A stretch of 64,000 nucleotides of DNA from Proteromonas lacertae (lineage: Eukaryota). This document shows positions 51,484 to 64,000 of the stretch, piece by piece. A program made the position numbers and the translations under genes. The notes beneath the pieces are model-generated. The model did no database searches. It was not told the origin of the DNA and saw only the letters and a list, made by a program, of their open reading frames with translations. Location: positions 1 through 64,000 of the forward strand of contig NGBS01000004.1 of assembly GCA_002245135.1 (NCBI GenBank), in the 5' to 3' direction. Position 1 is the stretch's first letter; every line of letters begins with the position of its first letter.

Positions 51484-52963
51484 ATGAAGAATGGTGAAGG
51501 GTTTTTTTATAACTTTGACTTCCCACCAAAGTCAATCAAAGAGAAGCTAAAAGAACAGTATAGTTTAGATTTTTAATAATTAGGACTAGTTCTTATCCTA
51601 TTGTGCACAAAGAACTTACAGAAGATCAAATATCAGTATCACGAGAACTACAATCCATATACAATTCTTATTTACCATCTAAGGACCAACACACAAAGAG
51701 GATGCGCACATACAATTTTATAAGGAGTTTTATTGATAAGCATCTGAGAGGATGTAAATGTTCACAATATGGATCAATTAGAAGTGGAATTGACCTATTT
51801 GACAGTGATATGGATATATCTATTGAAGGAAAACCACAAATGAGTGATTACCAAAAGTTAGCAATACTAGCAAGAGCATTAGAGTATTATTTTTATTGAT
51901 TATTTTTAAAATTAGAAAAGCTGATGGTATAAATGAAGTAAAATTCATTCCAACTGCTAAAACTCCAATAGTTAAAGTTTATTCTTCTACCTATGTAAAT
52001 ATGGATATAAGCTGTAAAGGAGATGATGGTAAATTATGTCATTTGTATTTAAGTCGATATGTCACTCCCAATATTAGTATAATAATAGAAGTATGTCGTA
52101 TAATCAAAATATGGAGTAAAACTCGTAATTTTATCCCATCCAATAGTAGAGGATTAAGTCAGTTTAGTTGGATGTGTATTTGTGTATTTTATTCATTACA
52201 ACATTATACAGAGTTTAGAGAAGTATCATTACTGAATGGAATTGAAAGATTTTATGGGATAATACGTTTATTGTATTTAATATTTGATGATTTTCTAAAT
52301 ACAAACTGGATGGAATATACTATCTCACCACTCACTGGAATGTATATAAAACGAGAAGAGAAAGGTGTAAATTATAATTGTTATGGTTTAAATCAAATAT
52401 CTATTGAAAGTCCATTTCATACTAATATTGATTTAGCTGTGATGATGGATCCAATAGCAAGGTTACAGATAATAGATGAGATGAAAAGAGCGTTATTATT
52501 GTTAGACTTAAATACACCTGAATCAATTAGAATGATATTTGCTAAACCTACATCAATCTATGAGCCTGTTAATATGATATTAAGATGTAGTGTTTATTTA
52601 GTATATTTGGCTAATAATAATAATAAGGGTAGTGATGAAATTAGATATTTCTATGTTACTGATTTGAATTATCAAGATGAAAATAAGATTGAAAGTAGAA
52701 AGAATATGAATGAAATTAGAGGTTATATATTAGAACCAATTCAACAACAAGGTGTAGAAGTAATGAATAATAATAATAATAATAATGAGTTTAAATTGGT
52801 TCAAAATATTGAGAGAGTAAGATCTGACTGTTTTCTTACGACAATTAATTTCATTCAGACTAGTAGAACCACTTTCTTTATTGACCCTTTCCTTAATAAT
52901 CAAGTTGTATACTACTCTCAAACTATGTTAGCTGCTTTAGCTAAGAGGAAACTATTTTATTAA
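51484..52963 (+). CDS. Cid1/GLD-2/TUTase-family non-canonical nucleotidyltransferase
   Basis: YGSIRSG..DSDMD, AKTPIVK, IKIWSK, GLSQFSW and ISIESPF motifs. Confidence 0.85.
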
Positions 52964-53136
52964 AATAGTCACTTTTAGTATATTTATACACCACTTTTTC
53001 AATTTATTAATTTATTGTATGTTATGGTGTAAGACTAAGTCTATGATTTCATTTGTGTGTGTGTGTGTTGGGAGTTAATTTATCAATCTGTTTTTTATTT
53101 GTAATAATTACCTGTAAATTACATCAGTGTTCCAAA

Positions 53137-54400
53137 ATGAAAGTAATTGCTTTATTTGTCTTATCTTTGGCTTCTATCTATGCCTTAGATAATGGAGTCG
53201 CTTTAACACCTCCAATGGTATATATATTGTTACTTATATCTAGGGTTGGATGTCATGGGAGAGATTTGGATGTGAAGTTGACTGCAATGCTCATCCAGAC
53301 ACTTGTATCAGTGAGAAATTAATAATAGAAACAATTGATCATATTGTTGATGATGGTTATTTAGCAGCTGGATATAATGTATTTTTTGTAATCTATATTG
53401 TTATTGATAGTATGTAAATATCGATGATTGTTGGGAATCAATGGAAAGAGATGAGCAAGGTAAATTATTCGCCAATATAACTCGTTTTCCTCATGGAATG
53501 AAATGGTTAACAGAATACGCTAATAAAAAGGGTGTCAAATTAGGAAGTTATACTGATTATGGTACATTAACCTGTGGAGGATATCCAGGTACTAAAGGAT
53601 ACGTAGATATAGACGCAAAAACATTTGAAGAATGGGGAATAGAAAACTTAAAAGTAGATGGTTGTTATTGTGATGCATCTGAATATAGAGAAGGTTATAC
53701 TAATCTCTCAATTGCATTAAGCAAAGCTAAACCAGCAATCGTCTACGCTTGTTCATGGCCAGCTTATGATAAAACCGTTCCATTTGGCGAATTGCAAAAG
53801 ATCTGTAACTTATGGCGACCTTGGTATGATATCTATCACAGCTGGTACAGTGTATCCAATACAATCACATATTGGGGTGATAATCAAACATATTATGCTT
53901 GGGCTAATGGTCCAGGTCATTGGGTAGATCCAGATATGTTAGTGATTGGTAATCCAGGTGATGGATTAGGTTTGCCTGAATATAGATCACAAATGGCATT
54001 ATGGGCAATGTTTACTGCTCCATTGTACATGGGAAATGATGTTAGAAATATTACTAAAGAAGAAAGAGATATTTTATTGAATAAAGGAATAATTGAAGTT
54101 GATCAAGATCCATTAGGTATAGCTGGTAGAATGTTCTTTAGAAATGATGAGTTTGAGATATGGGGAAGACCATTGTATAATGATGATTATGCTATTGCCA
54201 TTTATAATCGTGCTAATAAAGTTATTACAGTTAAATTCGATCCACATTATTTACCTATTAATTTGGTTAATAAGAAGATGATTATGAAGAATTTATGGAC
54301 TAATAATGATGATGTCACATTAGGATTAGGTGAAACTTATGTTGTGAAAGATATTATTGCTCATGATACTATAATTTACAGAGCTAGATTTACAAATTAA
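53137..54400 (+). CDS. GH27 alpha-N-acetylgalactosaminidase/alpha-galactosidase, copy 1 (secreted)
   Basis: Signal peptide, LDNGVALTPPM-GW, NIDDCW, LKVDGC, CSWPAY and DPDML motifs; two introns. Confidence 0.92.
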
Positions 54401-54520
54401 TTCTATTAATATGACATATTCTCTAAATTATATATTCTTGTTTTATTATTGAATGCTCACTGTTTAAAGAGTTTTTATTATATATAGGTTTGATTATTAT
54501 TTGAATAATTGTGTTCCAAA

Positions 54521-55783
54521 ATGAAAGTAATTGCTTTATTTGTCTTATCTTTGGCTTCTATCTATGCCTTAGATAATGGAGTCGCTTTAACACCACCAAT
54601 GGTATCCTTTTCAGTATTAATATTAGGGTTGGATGTCATGGGAGAGATTTAGGTGTGAAGTTGACTGCAATGCTCATCCAGACACTTGTATCAGTGAGAA
54701 ATTAATAGTGGAGACAATTGATCATATTGTTGATGATGGTTATTTAGCAGCTGGATATAATGTATTTTTTGTAATCTATATTGTTATTAATAGTATGTAA
54801 ATATCGATGATTGTTGGGAATCAATGCAAAGAGATGAAAATGGAAAGTTATTCGCCAATATAACTCGTTTTCCTCATGGAATGAAATGGTTGGTCCAGTA
54901 TGCCAATAAGAAAGGAGTAAAGTTAGGAAGTTACACAGATTATGGTACATTAACCTGTGGAGGATATCCAGGTACAAAAGGTTATATTGATATTGATGTA
55001 CAGACATTTGAAGAATGGGGAATAGAAAACTTAAAAGTAGATGGTTGTTATTGTGATGCATCTGAATATAGAGAAGGTTATACTAATCTCTCAATTGCAT
55101 TAAGCAAAGCTAATCCTCCTATTTTATATGCCTGTTCATGGCCAGCTTATGATAAAACCGTAGGTAATAAAGAATTACAAAAATTATGTAATGTCTGGAG
55201 AAACTATGGTGATACTGTAAGTGCTTGGTGGTGTATTATTGCTATTATTAACGAATGGGCAAGTAATGAAACTTATTATGCAGTTCCAAATGGTCCTGGC
55301 CATTGGACTGATCCAGATATGTTATTAATTGGTAATCCAGGTGAAGGTTTAACCAACGCTGCATTTAGAACACAAATGGCATTATGGGCAATATTTGCTG
55401 CTCCATTATATATGGGAAATGATGTAAGAAACATTACCAAAGAAGCTAGAGACATATTATTGAACAAAGAAATTATTGAAATTGATCAAGATCCAATTGG
55501 TATTGCTGGTAGAAGATTCTTCCATGATGGAGATCATGATGTATGGTGGAAACCTTTACAAAATGACGAACATGCAGTAGCAATATTAAATAGAAGAGCT
55601 GAACCTCATGAATATGTTTTTGATCCTCACTACGTTCCAATAAACTTTGCAGGAAAAAAGATTGTATTACATGATTGTTGGAAGCATGAAGATGTTGCTA
55701 CATTAAAATTAGGAGAGACATTCACAGTTAAAGGTCTTGAAGGACATGATACAGCAATTTATCGTATTAGATTAATTGAATAA
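54521..55783 (+). CDS. GH27 alpha-N-acetylgalactosaminidase/alpha-galactosidase, copy 2 (secreted)
   Basis: Same motifs and intron positions as copy 1. Confidence 0.92.
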
Positions 55784-55885
55784 AATTAATAATACTAAAT
55801 ATTATGATTATTTTTACTTTTATAATAAAATAAAACAACAAATAGTAAATAATTAAATACTATTTACAAAATAAATATATAAAAA

Positions 55886-58193
55886 TTAAAAATCTTCATC
55901 AAATAAATCTTCTTCCTCTTCTTTATTATTATTTGTTGGATTTATTTTTTCTTCTTTTGGTATTTCTTCTTTTGGTGTTTCTTCTTTATGTTGTTCTTCT
56001 TTAGATGTTTCTATTTTCACATTATCTTCAAATCCTTCATCAAAATCATCATCATTATTTTCTTCTTTCTCATTCTTTGAGTTTTCCTTTGGTTTATCTA
56101 TTGATTCATCTAATTCTGCATTATCATTATTGTTTTCATTATTTACATTATGATAGTCAGGAGGATAACTGTATATTCCATTATTTCTTTTATACTATTA
56201 CAATAACATAAAAATTAAATAATATACTTGTTTTCTCTTCCTTTTCAATCTTTCCATATACTTTTCAACTTCTTCTTGTATACTTTCTTCTTCCTTCTTT
56301 TTCTTTAACATTTCTCTTTTATATCTCAATTCAGGTTCAACATATTTTATTGGTAATTCTTCTATGTTCTCAACTTCAACTAATGTAGGATTTTTTGATT
56401 TTATTTTTGTTTTTATATCTTTTTGTCTTATTTCTGCTCTTTCTGTAATTATTTCTTCACTCATATCTTCTTTTAGTTTCTTTAAATATTCTTTCTTTGA
56501 CTTTGATAATTCTTTTTCTCTTTTCTTTCTCAACTCTTCTTCTTCTTTTTCTTCTTGTTTTTTCTTCATATCATCTTCTCTTTCCTTTCTTCTTTTATCT
56601 GATAGATATTTTATTGCTATTGTACTTCTTGGATTAGGGTATTGTTTGTTAACCAAATATCTAATATATTCTTCACTATTTTTTTCTTCTTCTTTTTCTT
56701 TTTGAATATCTCTTTCTTTCTATTCTATTAGATTTTATAAATTATACATCTTGATATATTCTTTCAGATATTCTTTTCTTTAATAGTTGCAATTGCTGAA
56801 ATCTTTTTGAATCTGGATTATCAAATGAAAAAGGTTTTGGTTTAGTAAATTGTGGTTGTAACTATTAAAACAATATAATTATAAGAACTATTTATATACA
56901 TAATCATCTAAAGATTTCTTTTGTTTCATATTCTTTTCCTCATTCATTTTTTTCTCTTCCAATAATTTATATTCTTTAGATAATTTATCCATATCCATTC
57001 TTAATGGTAAACGAGATTGTTTTATTAGCTTTTGTGATCTACAAATTACATAATTAATAATGACATACTTTTCATTTTTTCTTAATTTCTTATTCTGTTC
57101 AACTTCTTCTTTTTCTTTCATAATTTCATCATTTGTATGTTTTTGACATAAGTTTTCTATTGCATTAGCACGAAATCTATTCAATAAACCATAATAGAAG
57201 AAAGTATACTGTTTGTGTTGTTTCTTAATTTCCTTTTTTCTATTCTTTACACTTATTGATTTATTCAACTGATTAATGATTTCTCTTTCTTCTAATCCGT
57301 GAAATGGCTTTATTGATTCTTCTAATTCTTTTTTTCTTTTAGTTATCCTGTCTTTTCTCATCATTTCTTGTGCTTCCATGATATTACCAAATCTATTATC
57401 TAAACTGGAATATGGTATTTTATTTGATTTGAATTTATAGTTTTTATATTCCTTTTTAGTTGTTTTTGGTTTGTTCATGCTTCGATAATAAAGATTCTCT
57501 GGTGCTAAGTTTCTTTTCGATGTTTTCAATGGTTTTGGAATCTTTGAAATCATATTTTTCGGTTTTCTTGACATTATTTCAGCCATTAATATATTTGTTG
57601 AATTTGTAGTCGATGATTCACTTGTAGTAGATGATTCATCAGTATTCTCACTTTCGCTTTCGTCTTTGCTTTCGATTTCATTTTGATTGTAATTATAATC
57701 TATATTTTCATTTCTATTATCAATAAAACTATCATCTATTATTCCATATTTACTATATTCTTCATTTGGTATTATAGTTTCAGAATTATTATACTTCTTA
57801 TTGGGTGATGATGGATTGGATAAACGATTTAATAATTGTTTTGAAGGAGAGTATGGAGGTAATTCTGAAACATCATTTTCGATAAATCTAATTTTCTTTT
57901 CAGATGAATATACAGGCTATTTAATATACTTTTTATGTTATTATACACTATATGAATCTTTTTCTTCATTTTCTGGAGTTGTATAATCATTATTCTCACA
58001 GTATATGCTTTTATACTGATTAAATTAATAAATATCATTATACTTGTAGATTGTTATATTTATCTGGTTTATAATGTTTGAGTAAACGATTTAAGTACCA
58101 TTGCATCTTTTCCTCCTACACTATATGTATTTTGTTATATACTTTCGATTTGAAAATGAGATTACTACTTTCATTTCTTATATTACTATCCAT
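55886..58193 (-). CDS. FAM161/UPF0564-like coiled-coil centriolar protein (multi-intron)
   Basis: FKSNKIP, IKPFHGLEER, FRANAI, SRLPLRM and FTKPKPFSF motifs in a K/E-rich protein. Start uncertain. Confidence 0.55.
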
Positions 58194-58326
58194 ATGATGA
58201 GATATTTTAAAAATGTAAATAAATGTAATTTACTCAAATTTACATTTCAAAATAGTTTAGAATTTAAATAGGAATTTTTATATAGAAATTTTATAATCAT
58301 TTTTATTCAGTTGTAGATAGTAAATA

Positions 58327-60612
58327 ATGAAAATTTTAGTATATTTTATATTTATAATATTGTAGATTAAAGGTGGTGTATGGAAGAATACTGAGGATGA
58401 AATTTTAAAAGCAGCTGTTATGAAATACGGTAAAAACCAATGGGCCAGAGTTGCTTCATTGTTATCACGTAAATCAGCTGCTCAGTGTAAAGCAAGATGG
58501 TATGAATGGTTAGATCCAAGTATAAAAAAGACAGAGTGGACAAAAGAAGAAGAAGAGAAGTTATTAGTATTAGCAAAAACATTACCAAACCAATGGAGGA
58601 CAATATCTCCATTAGTAGGAAGAACAGCAGCTCAATGTTTAGAACATTATGAGCAATTAATAGACAAAGCAACAGGACGAGAAGATGAAGATGATCCTCG
58701 TAAATTACGTCCAGGAGAAATAGATCCAAACCCTGAAACAAAACCAGCTCGACCAGATCCAATTGATATGGATGATGATGAAAAAGAAATGTTACAAGAA
58801 GCAAGAGCCAGATTAGCAAGTACAAAAGGTAAAAAAGCCAAAAGAAAAGCACGAGAGAAAGCAATGGAAGAATCTAGAAGATTATCAGCTTTACAGAAAA
58901 AAAGAGAATTAAAAGCAGCAGGAATAGAACTAAAAGCCAAACAATTTAGAAAGAAGAGAAGACAAGAGACCGATTATAACAGATCTATCCCATTCTATAG
59001 ACAAGCACCAGCCGGTGATTATGATACATCTAGTGAAGATTTCCTATCTGAAGATCCTGAAGACCATTTAAAAAGAGTGAATGAATTAGAAGAAAAGAGA
59101 AGAGATGAAGAAGAAAATAGATTGAAACAGAAGGATAAAGCAAGATTCAAATCATTACAAAAAATGAATTTACCTGAAGCACAATTACAAATGAATCAAT
59201 TATTTGATCCAATGAAAGGACATAAAAGAGCAAAATTGAGTTTACCTGAACCAGTAATTAGTGAAAATGAATTAGAAGAGATGGTTAAAATGGGTGTAGA
59301 AACTGAGAGTTATAAAGGTAATAATAAAAGCTTAACTGATAGTTTATTAGGAAATTATAAAAGTGTCACTCCAATGAGAACAGTTGGTAGAACTCCACTA
59401 AGATCAGATTTACTAATGGAAGAAGCAAGAAATATTGATAAAATGAGAAATTTGCCAACACCCATTTTGGGTGGCCAAAAAATAGAATTGGAAGGTGGTT
59501 TGAAGTATAATGGTTTAACTCCCATGCCACCTCCATCATCCGTTATTAGACAAACACCTGGGAAAGGTTTGAATAATACACCATTTAGTTTTGGCACACC
59601 CTTCAGAGACGAGTTTGGCTTGAATGATGGTAGTGGAGGTAGTAGTAATTCAAGTGATTTATGGGATAAACTAAACAAAGGTGAGATGAGTAATGTAAAG
59701 GAAGCATTACGAAAAGGATTAGAAAGTTTACCTGAACCACAGAATGTATATGAAACAGAAATACCAACACTTGTAGAAGAAGAAGAGGAAGAAGTAATGG
59801 AGGAAGATATGGAGGAAATTGAGAGAAAAAGAGAAGAAGAAGAAGAATTGCAACATCAGAAGGAGTTAATGAGAAGGTCTCAAGTATTACAAAGAGATTT
59901 ACCAAGAACAACTAATACAGATTTGAATGTAATAAATAATAGTGAAATTGAAAGAATGATTGTGAATGAGATGAATGATATGATTAGATATGATATGATT
60001 AAATATCCTATTAAAATAACAAAGAAGAATAGAGAGAATATGAATAATAATAATATTCAAAGAGAAGAATTTGATGATGATATAATGATAGAAAGCAAAG
60101 AATTAATTAACGAAGAAATTGAAAATGTAAAGAATGAATATATGAAGAAGTATGGAGAATTAAAATATGACAATTATGTGAATATATGGAATAGTATTAA
60201 TGATAATTATATATATAATGTGGATAAGAAACAGTATATGAAAATTGAGGAAATGAGAAATGATGAAATAGTAAAGTATTATGAATATGAATATAATATA
60301 TTAAAAGAACAGATGAAATCATTAACAAAGACTGTACAGAAGAAAGAAAATAAAGTGAAAATATTGATACAAGGATTGATTAAAAGAAATGAAAAATTGA
60401 GAGAAGAATTGAATAAGAAGTATGATGAAATAAATGATTCTGAAATAAATAAAAGTTGTTTTGAGAAATTACAAAGTCTTGAAGAAGTAGGATTGAATAC
60501 AAGATTAAATGTAATAGAAAGTGAAGTGAAAGAAGCAGCAGAGAGAGAATATAACTTACAGAGAAGATATGCTGAATTAATGAGAGAAAAAGAATTGTTA
60601 AACAATAATTAA
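58327..60612 (+). CDS. CDC5: Pre-mRNA splicing factor CDC5/Cef1
   Basis: IKGGVWKNTEDEILKAAVMKYGKNQW Myb repeats and EMLQEARARLA. A short first intron extends the ORF upstream. Confidence 0.97.
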
Positions 60613-60711
60613 TTGTTGTATTACTGTTAGTATTGTTTATATATTTAAAATATGAAATGTTTGAATTTAAAATAATAATCTATACAATAATTAAAAAATA
60701 TAGAAAAAATT

Positions 60712-60783
60712 TGCGCTACCCGGGAATCGAACCCGGACCTCATGCTTGGAAGGCATAAATCCTAACCATTAGACCAATAGCGC
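60712..60783 (-). tRNA. tRNA-Gly (TCC)
   Basis: GCGCTAT/GTAGCGC acceptor stem, anticodon loop CTTCCAA and GTTCGATTC T-loop; 72 nt. Confidence 0.95.
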
Positions 60784-60946
60784 CTGAATTTATTCCTTTT
60801 TCTACGTTACATAAAGGTATGTCAATTCTTTTTTCTTTAATATTTTATAATTCAGATATACTTGATGAGAATAAATACTCTATATTCATTTAATACAACC
60901 ATTAAAAAACAATTAAAACAATATTTATATAATCATCATAAGTCAT

Positions 60947-62030
60947 TTAATCTTTCTTTTTTGTAGCAGTTACACGGTTATATGTTCTTTTAAAGAAATC
61001 AATGAATAAGAATAAGTAAGAAGTGATGATACTAACACCTATAATAGCTCCTAAATCACTACCATGACAAGATTGATGATTGTATCTTAAAAATGCCCAA
61101 GTAACCCAACAGGCAATTAAATCAATAACAAATTGAGCAATCTGTAAAATTGTTAATGATTTCTTCCACCATATATTTCTGTATCCCATTGAACATAACA
61201 TATAATAATAATACATTATAATGTGAATCTATTTACAAAATTAGAAAAATAAATAAATATATATATACAAATAAGTTCACTAAAATAGGAACCCATTGGA
61301 CGGAACTATGATACACTTGTTGTGCATATGTCAATAACAATGTAGCAGCGTGATGGTAGAAATGTAAATTATCAACTGGTTTCTTTTTTAATACAATTAA
61401 AAATGTATCAATAAGTTCGTAATATTTCAATAAATAGTTGGCATAGACTACTAAAGAATATACTCCATTTTCGTGCATAGATCTTGAACAAATAATAAAA
61501 TACCATCCATGTTGTAAATAAGATTGTAATACAACATTTCCTAATATTGTAAATAGGACTAATGATGCAATTGAGAGAAATCCGTTATGTACAATACAAA
61601 AATTACGTAATGGATGAGGATTGTAATTCTTCATGATTTTACCTAAAGTAGGAACTCCAATGACATAGCTATTTCAATAGTTATTACAATAAATTATACA
61701 TAATCACAACGGTAAGTACTGGGAACCAAGATGATAAACTTGTTTGATTGTAAACAAATCTCCAAGATGGGGTAAATTCGAAAAATGGTTTATAAGCTGT
61801 TGTTGTAAATAATAACACAGTAACAAAGACTAATTCCAAAAATATTATAAGAATCCACTATATGTGATTAAAAACAATGACTTTAATACTTTTAAAATAG
61901 AGACTATTAATGGAGTTGGTTTTGATTGTTTCTAAATAAATATAGTAATATGATTTAGGAATTTAAAATTAACAAATTTTTGCAAAAATATGGTTAATAT
62001 ATATGTATTGATATATACTTCTTCTGCCAT
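60947..62030 (-). CDS. GNS1/SUR4 (ELO) fatty acid elongase
   Basis: KYYELIDT, LHFYHH, NLFV-HIIMYYYY and LTILQIAQF motifs. 5' exons approximate. Confidence 0.9.
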
Positions 62031-62166
62031 TGAATTTAAAATGCAAAAAAATCAAACTTACAACAAGCCAAGCTTTTCAAAATTTAAAATCTTGAATATT
62101 TTATCATGAAAAAACATTTCGCTTATAAATACATACGCTTATTAAAATTTATATTATTGACAATTT

Positions 62167-64000
62167 TTAATGATAATAATAAGATGCAAAATTAGTCTCA
62201 CAATATGTTTTTGCTAATTGAAGAGTTAAAAACACATGTAGATAATGTGCTTCATCAGAATTTATTCTATTTGCAATAATATCATGAACTCTTTGCTTAA
62301 TGCTAATACAAATAATAGAAATTATAAATAATACTTTTCACTTTTAAAAACCAGACAGATCGTTATATCTTTTCTTAAATATTTAATAGTCAAATCTGAT
62401 ATTGTAAATATAGATGTTGTATCAAATCCTGTTATATCAGTAAAATCAATAATAATATAACTCAAATGCTTTTCTTTCACTAACTCTGCTTCGATTTGAT
62501 TACACACTCTAATACAAGATCCAAAAAACAAAAATCCATTCATATGAAAAACCATAATACTATCTTTAAGAGTAGAACCTCTTGGAATATGATAAACATC
62601 ATTTACATGATAATTTTCAACATTTGAAATGAATTGACTATCACTTGTTTGATAAATATATCTCAAGAAACAGATAACAATACCAACTGCTAATCCAATT
62701 GTTATATTTGAAAATGCTGAAGAGATGAGAATAAGAAACACAATTATTTTATCAATCATATTATATTCCCACAATGAATCAAACAAAGATTCTTTAAAGA
62801 AATCTATAGTCATAAATATCAATGAACCACTTAATAGAAACCTTGGAATATATCCAATAATAATCAAAGTAGATGGAATAAAGAAGAAACATCCCATTGT
62901 TATTAACACAGTGATTGAAGATATTAGTGTTTTGCCTCCACATATTTCATTAAAAGCAGTATTTGCTAATACTAGTTGAGTTGGATATCCACCAACCAGT
63001 GTATTAAACAAATTTCCAATTCCATGCATTCTATATTCATCATTTAATTTAGTATTCTGTTTTAATCGATTTGCTATCATTATTGAATGAATTCCTGTGT
63101 TTAATATTGGACCAATTATTGAGGCTAATAATATTGTACTAATCTAAAACAAATAATATTATGTAAAAATACATTATTATATAACAAATTCCAAACTGGT
63201 GAATGATTATAAATAAAACTATAATATTGAGTAAATTCAATTCCTTTTATATTATCCAACAACCACAAATTACTCTGTGCATTTTCAAATGGAATATGTT
63301 TTGCATATATAACTATATGAACAATTGCTGCACTAACAAAAAACATAATAGGAAAATTGTATGGATTTGGCATAAACTGTTTTAATATAAATAAAGTACA
63401 ACCAAATATATGCGGTATTAAAAAATGCCATATTTGGCTATGAAATATTAAGTTAAAACTAAATGATTCACCATATTGTATTTCGTAATAACTTACATAA
63501 CTATTCATAACAATAGAAATATATATATATATATTATATACCAAAAATAACCTATTGATGCAAAAACACCTGATCTTACAGGAAGTGGAATATTTTGAAC
63601 AATAGAAGCAATTTTTAATGCACCAAGTAAATAAACAGTTAAACCAGATATAAACGACACAGAAGCACATATGAACAAAACACTTACAACCTTTTCTTCC
63701 ACTTTTATATCACTCATTTCTGATATTGTTATAAACAATGGTGATATAATGCTTGCTGCTTCAAAACTGTTTGTTACTACTGCTATTTTATAATTTCCTA
63801 ACAGAATAGCAAATATTTGCACTGTTATTACACCAATCAAACAATGAATAAATGATATATATGAATATCTATTTATATTCATCATAAAATCAATACTTAG
63901 TTAAATCACCTCTATATAATAACTGTGATACAGAAATAACATCAACCAACACAAACGATGATCTATTTACTTAATAAATTATTAATACGTTAAAACACCT
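62167..64000 (-). CDS. SulP/SLC26 anion transporter with STAS domain (5' end outside the window)
   Basis: NIPLPVRSGVFASIG, HGIGNLF, GFLFFGS and IIIDFTDITGFDTTS motifs. Confidence 0.85.

Noticed and set aside
23329..62030. Blastocystis-type poly(A)-created stop codons in housekeeping genes
   Set aside because: The gene ends I could trace all have genomically encoded stops.

Overview
Very AT-rich, gene-dense eukaryotic DNA with 25-40 nt GT-AG introns. Ciliary genes (CFAP206, FAM161-like) point to a flagellated protist, possibly a Proteromonas/Blastocystis-related stramenopile; this is inference only. The window has three zones. (1) 1-5.75 kb: two tail-to-tail copies of a degenerate Ginger-like DNA transposon (retroviral-type integrase plus Ulp1 protease, TGTTG/CAACA termini). 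Between them lie a chain of oddly joined terminal fragments and a truncated Crinkler-like NTPase ORF. (2) 5.9-19.8 kb: an ultra-AT-rich, nearly intronless, tightly packed cluster of nine glycan-modifying genes (FkbM methyltransferase, two GT31, GT77, GT2-like, two fucosyltransferases, DUF1647, DUF3431), followed by an arylsulfatase with one in-frame stop. A GC-richer 2.1-kb unclassified element with nested direct and inverted repeats and two convergent orphan ORFs interrupts the cluster. (3) 19.9-64 kb: housekeeping genes, mostly in head-to-head pairs, several sharing a candidate promoter motif: pseudokinase-LRR, NOM1, CFAP206, TEX264-like, eL41, BET3, a PH protein, RICTOR, CCR4, PX-DENN, ankyrin-F-box, PSMA3, EF-hand, Nup58-like, SAR1-like plus a pseudogene, a Cid1-like nucleotidyltransferase, two GH27, FAM161-like, CDC5, tRNA-Gly, an elongase and SulP. 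Several 1-nt frameshifts in conserved genes look like consensus errors. All family calls come from motif recognition, not database searches.
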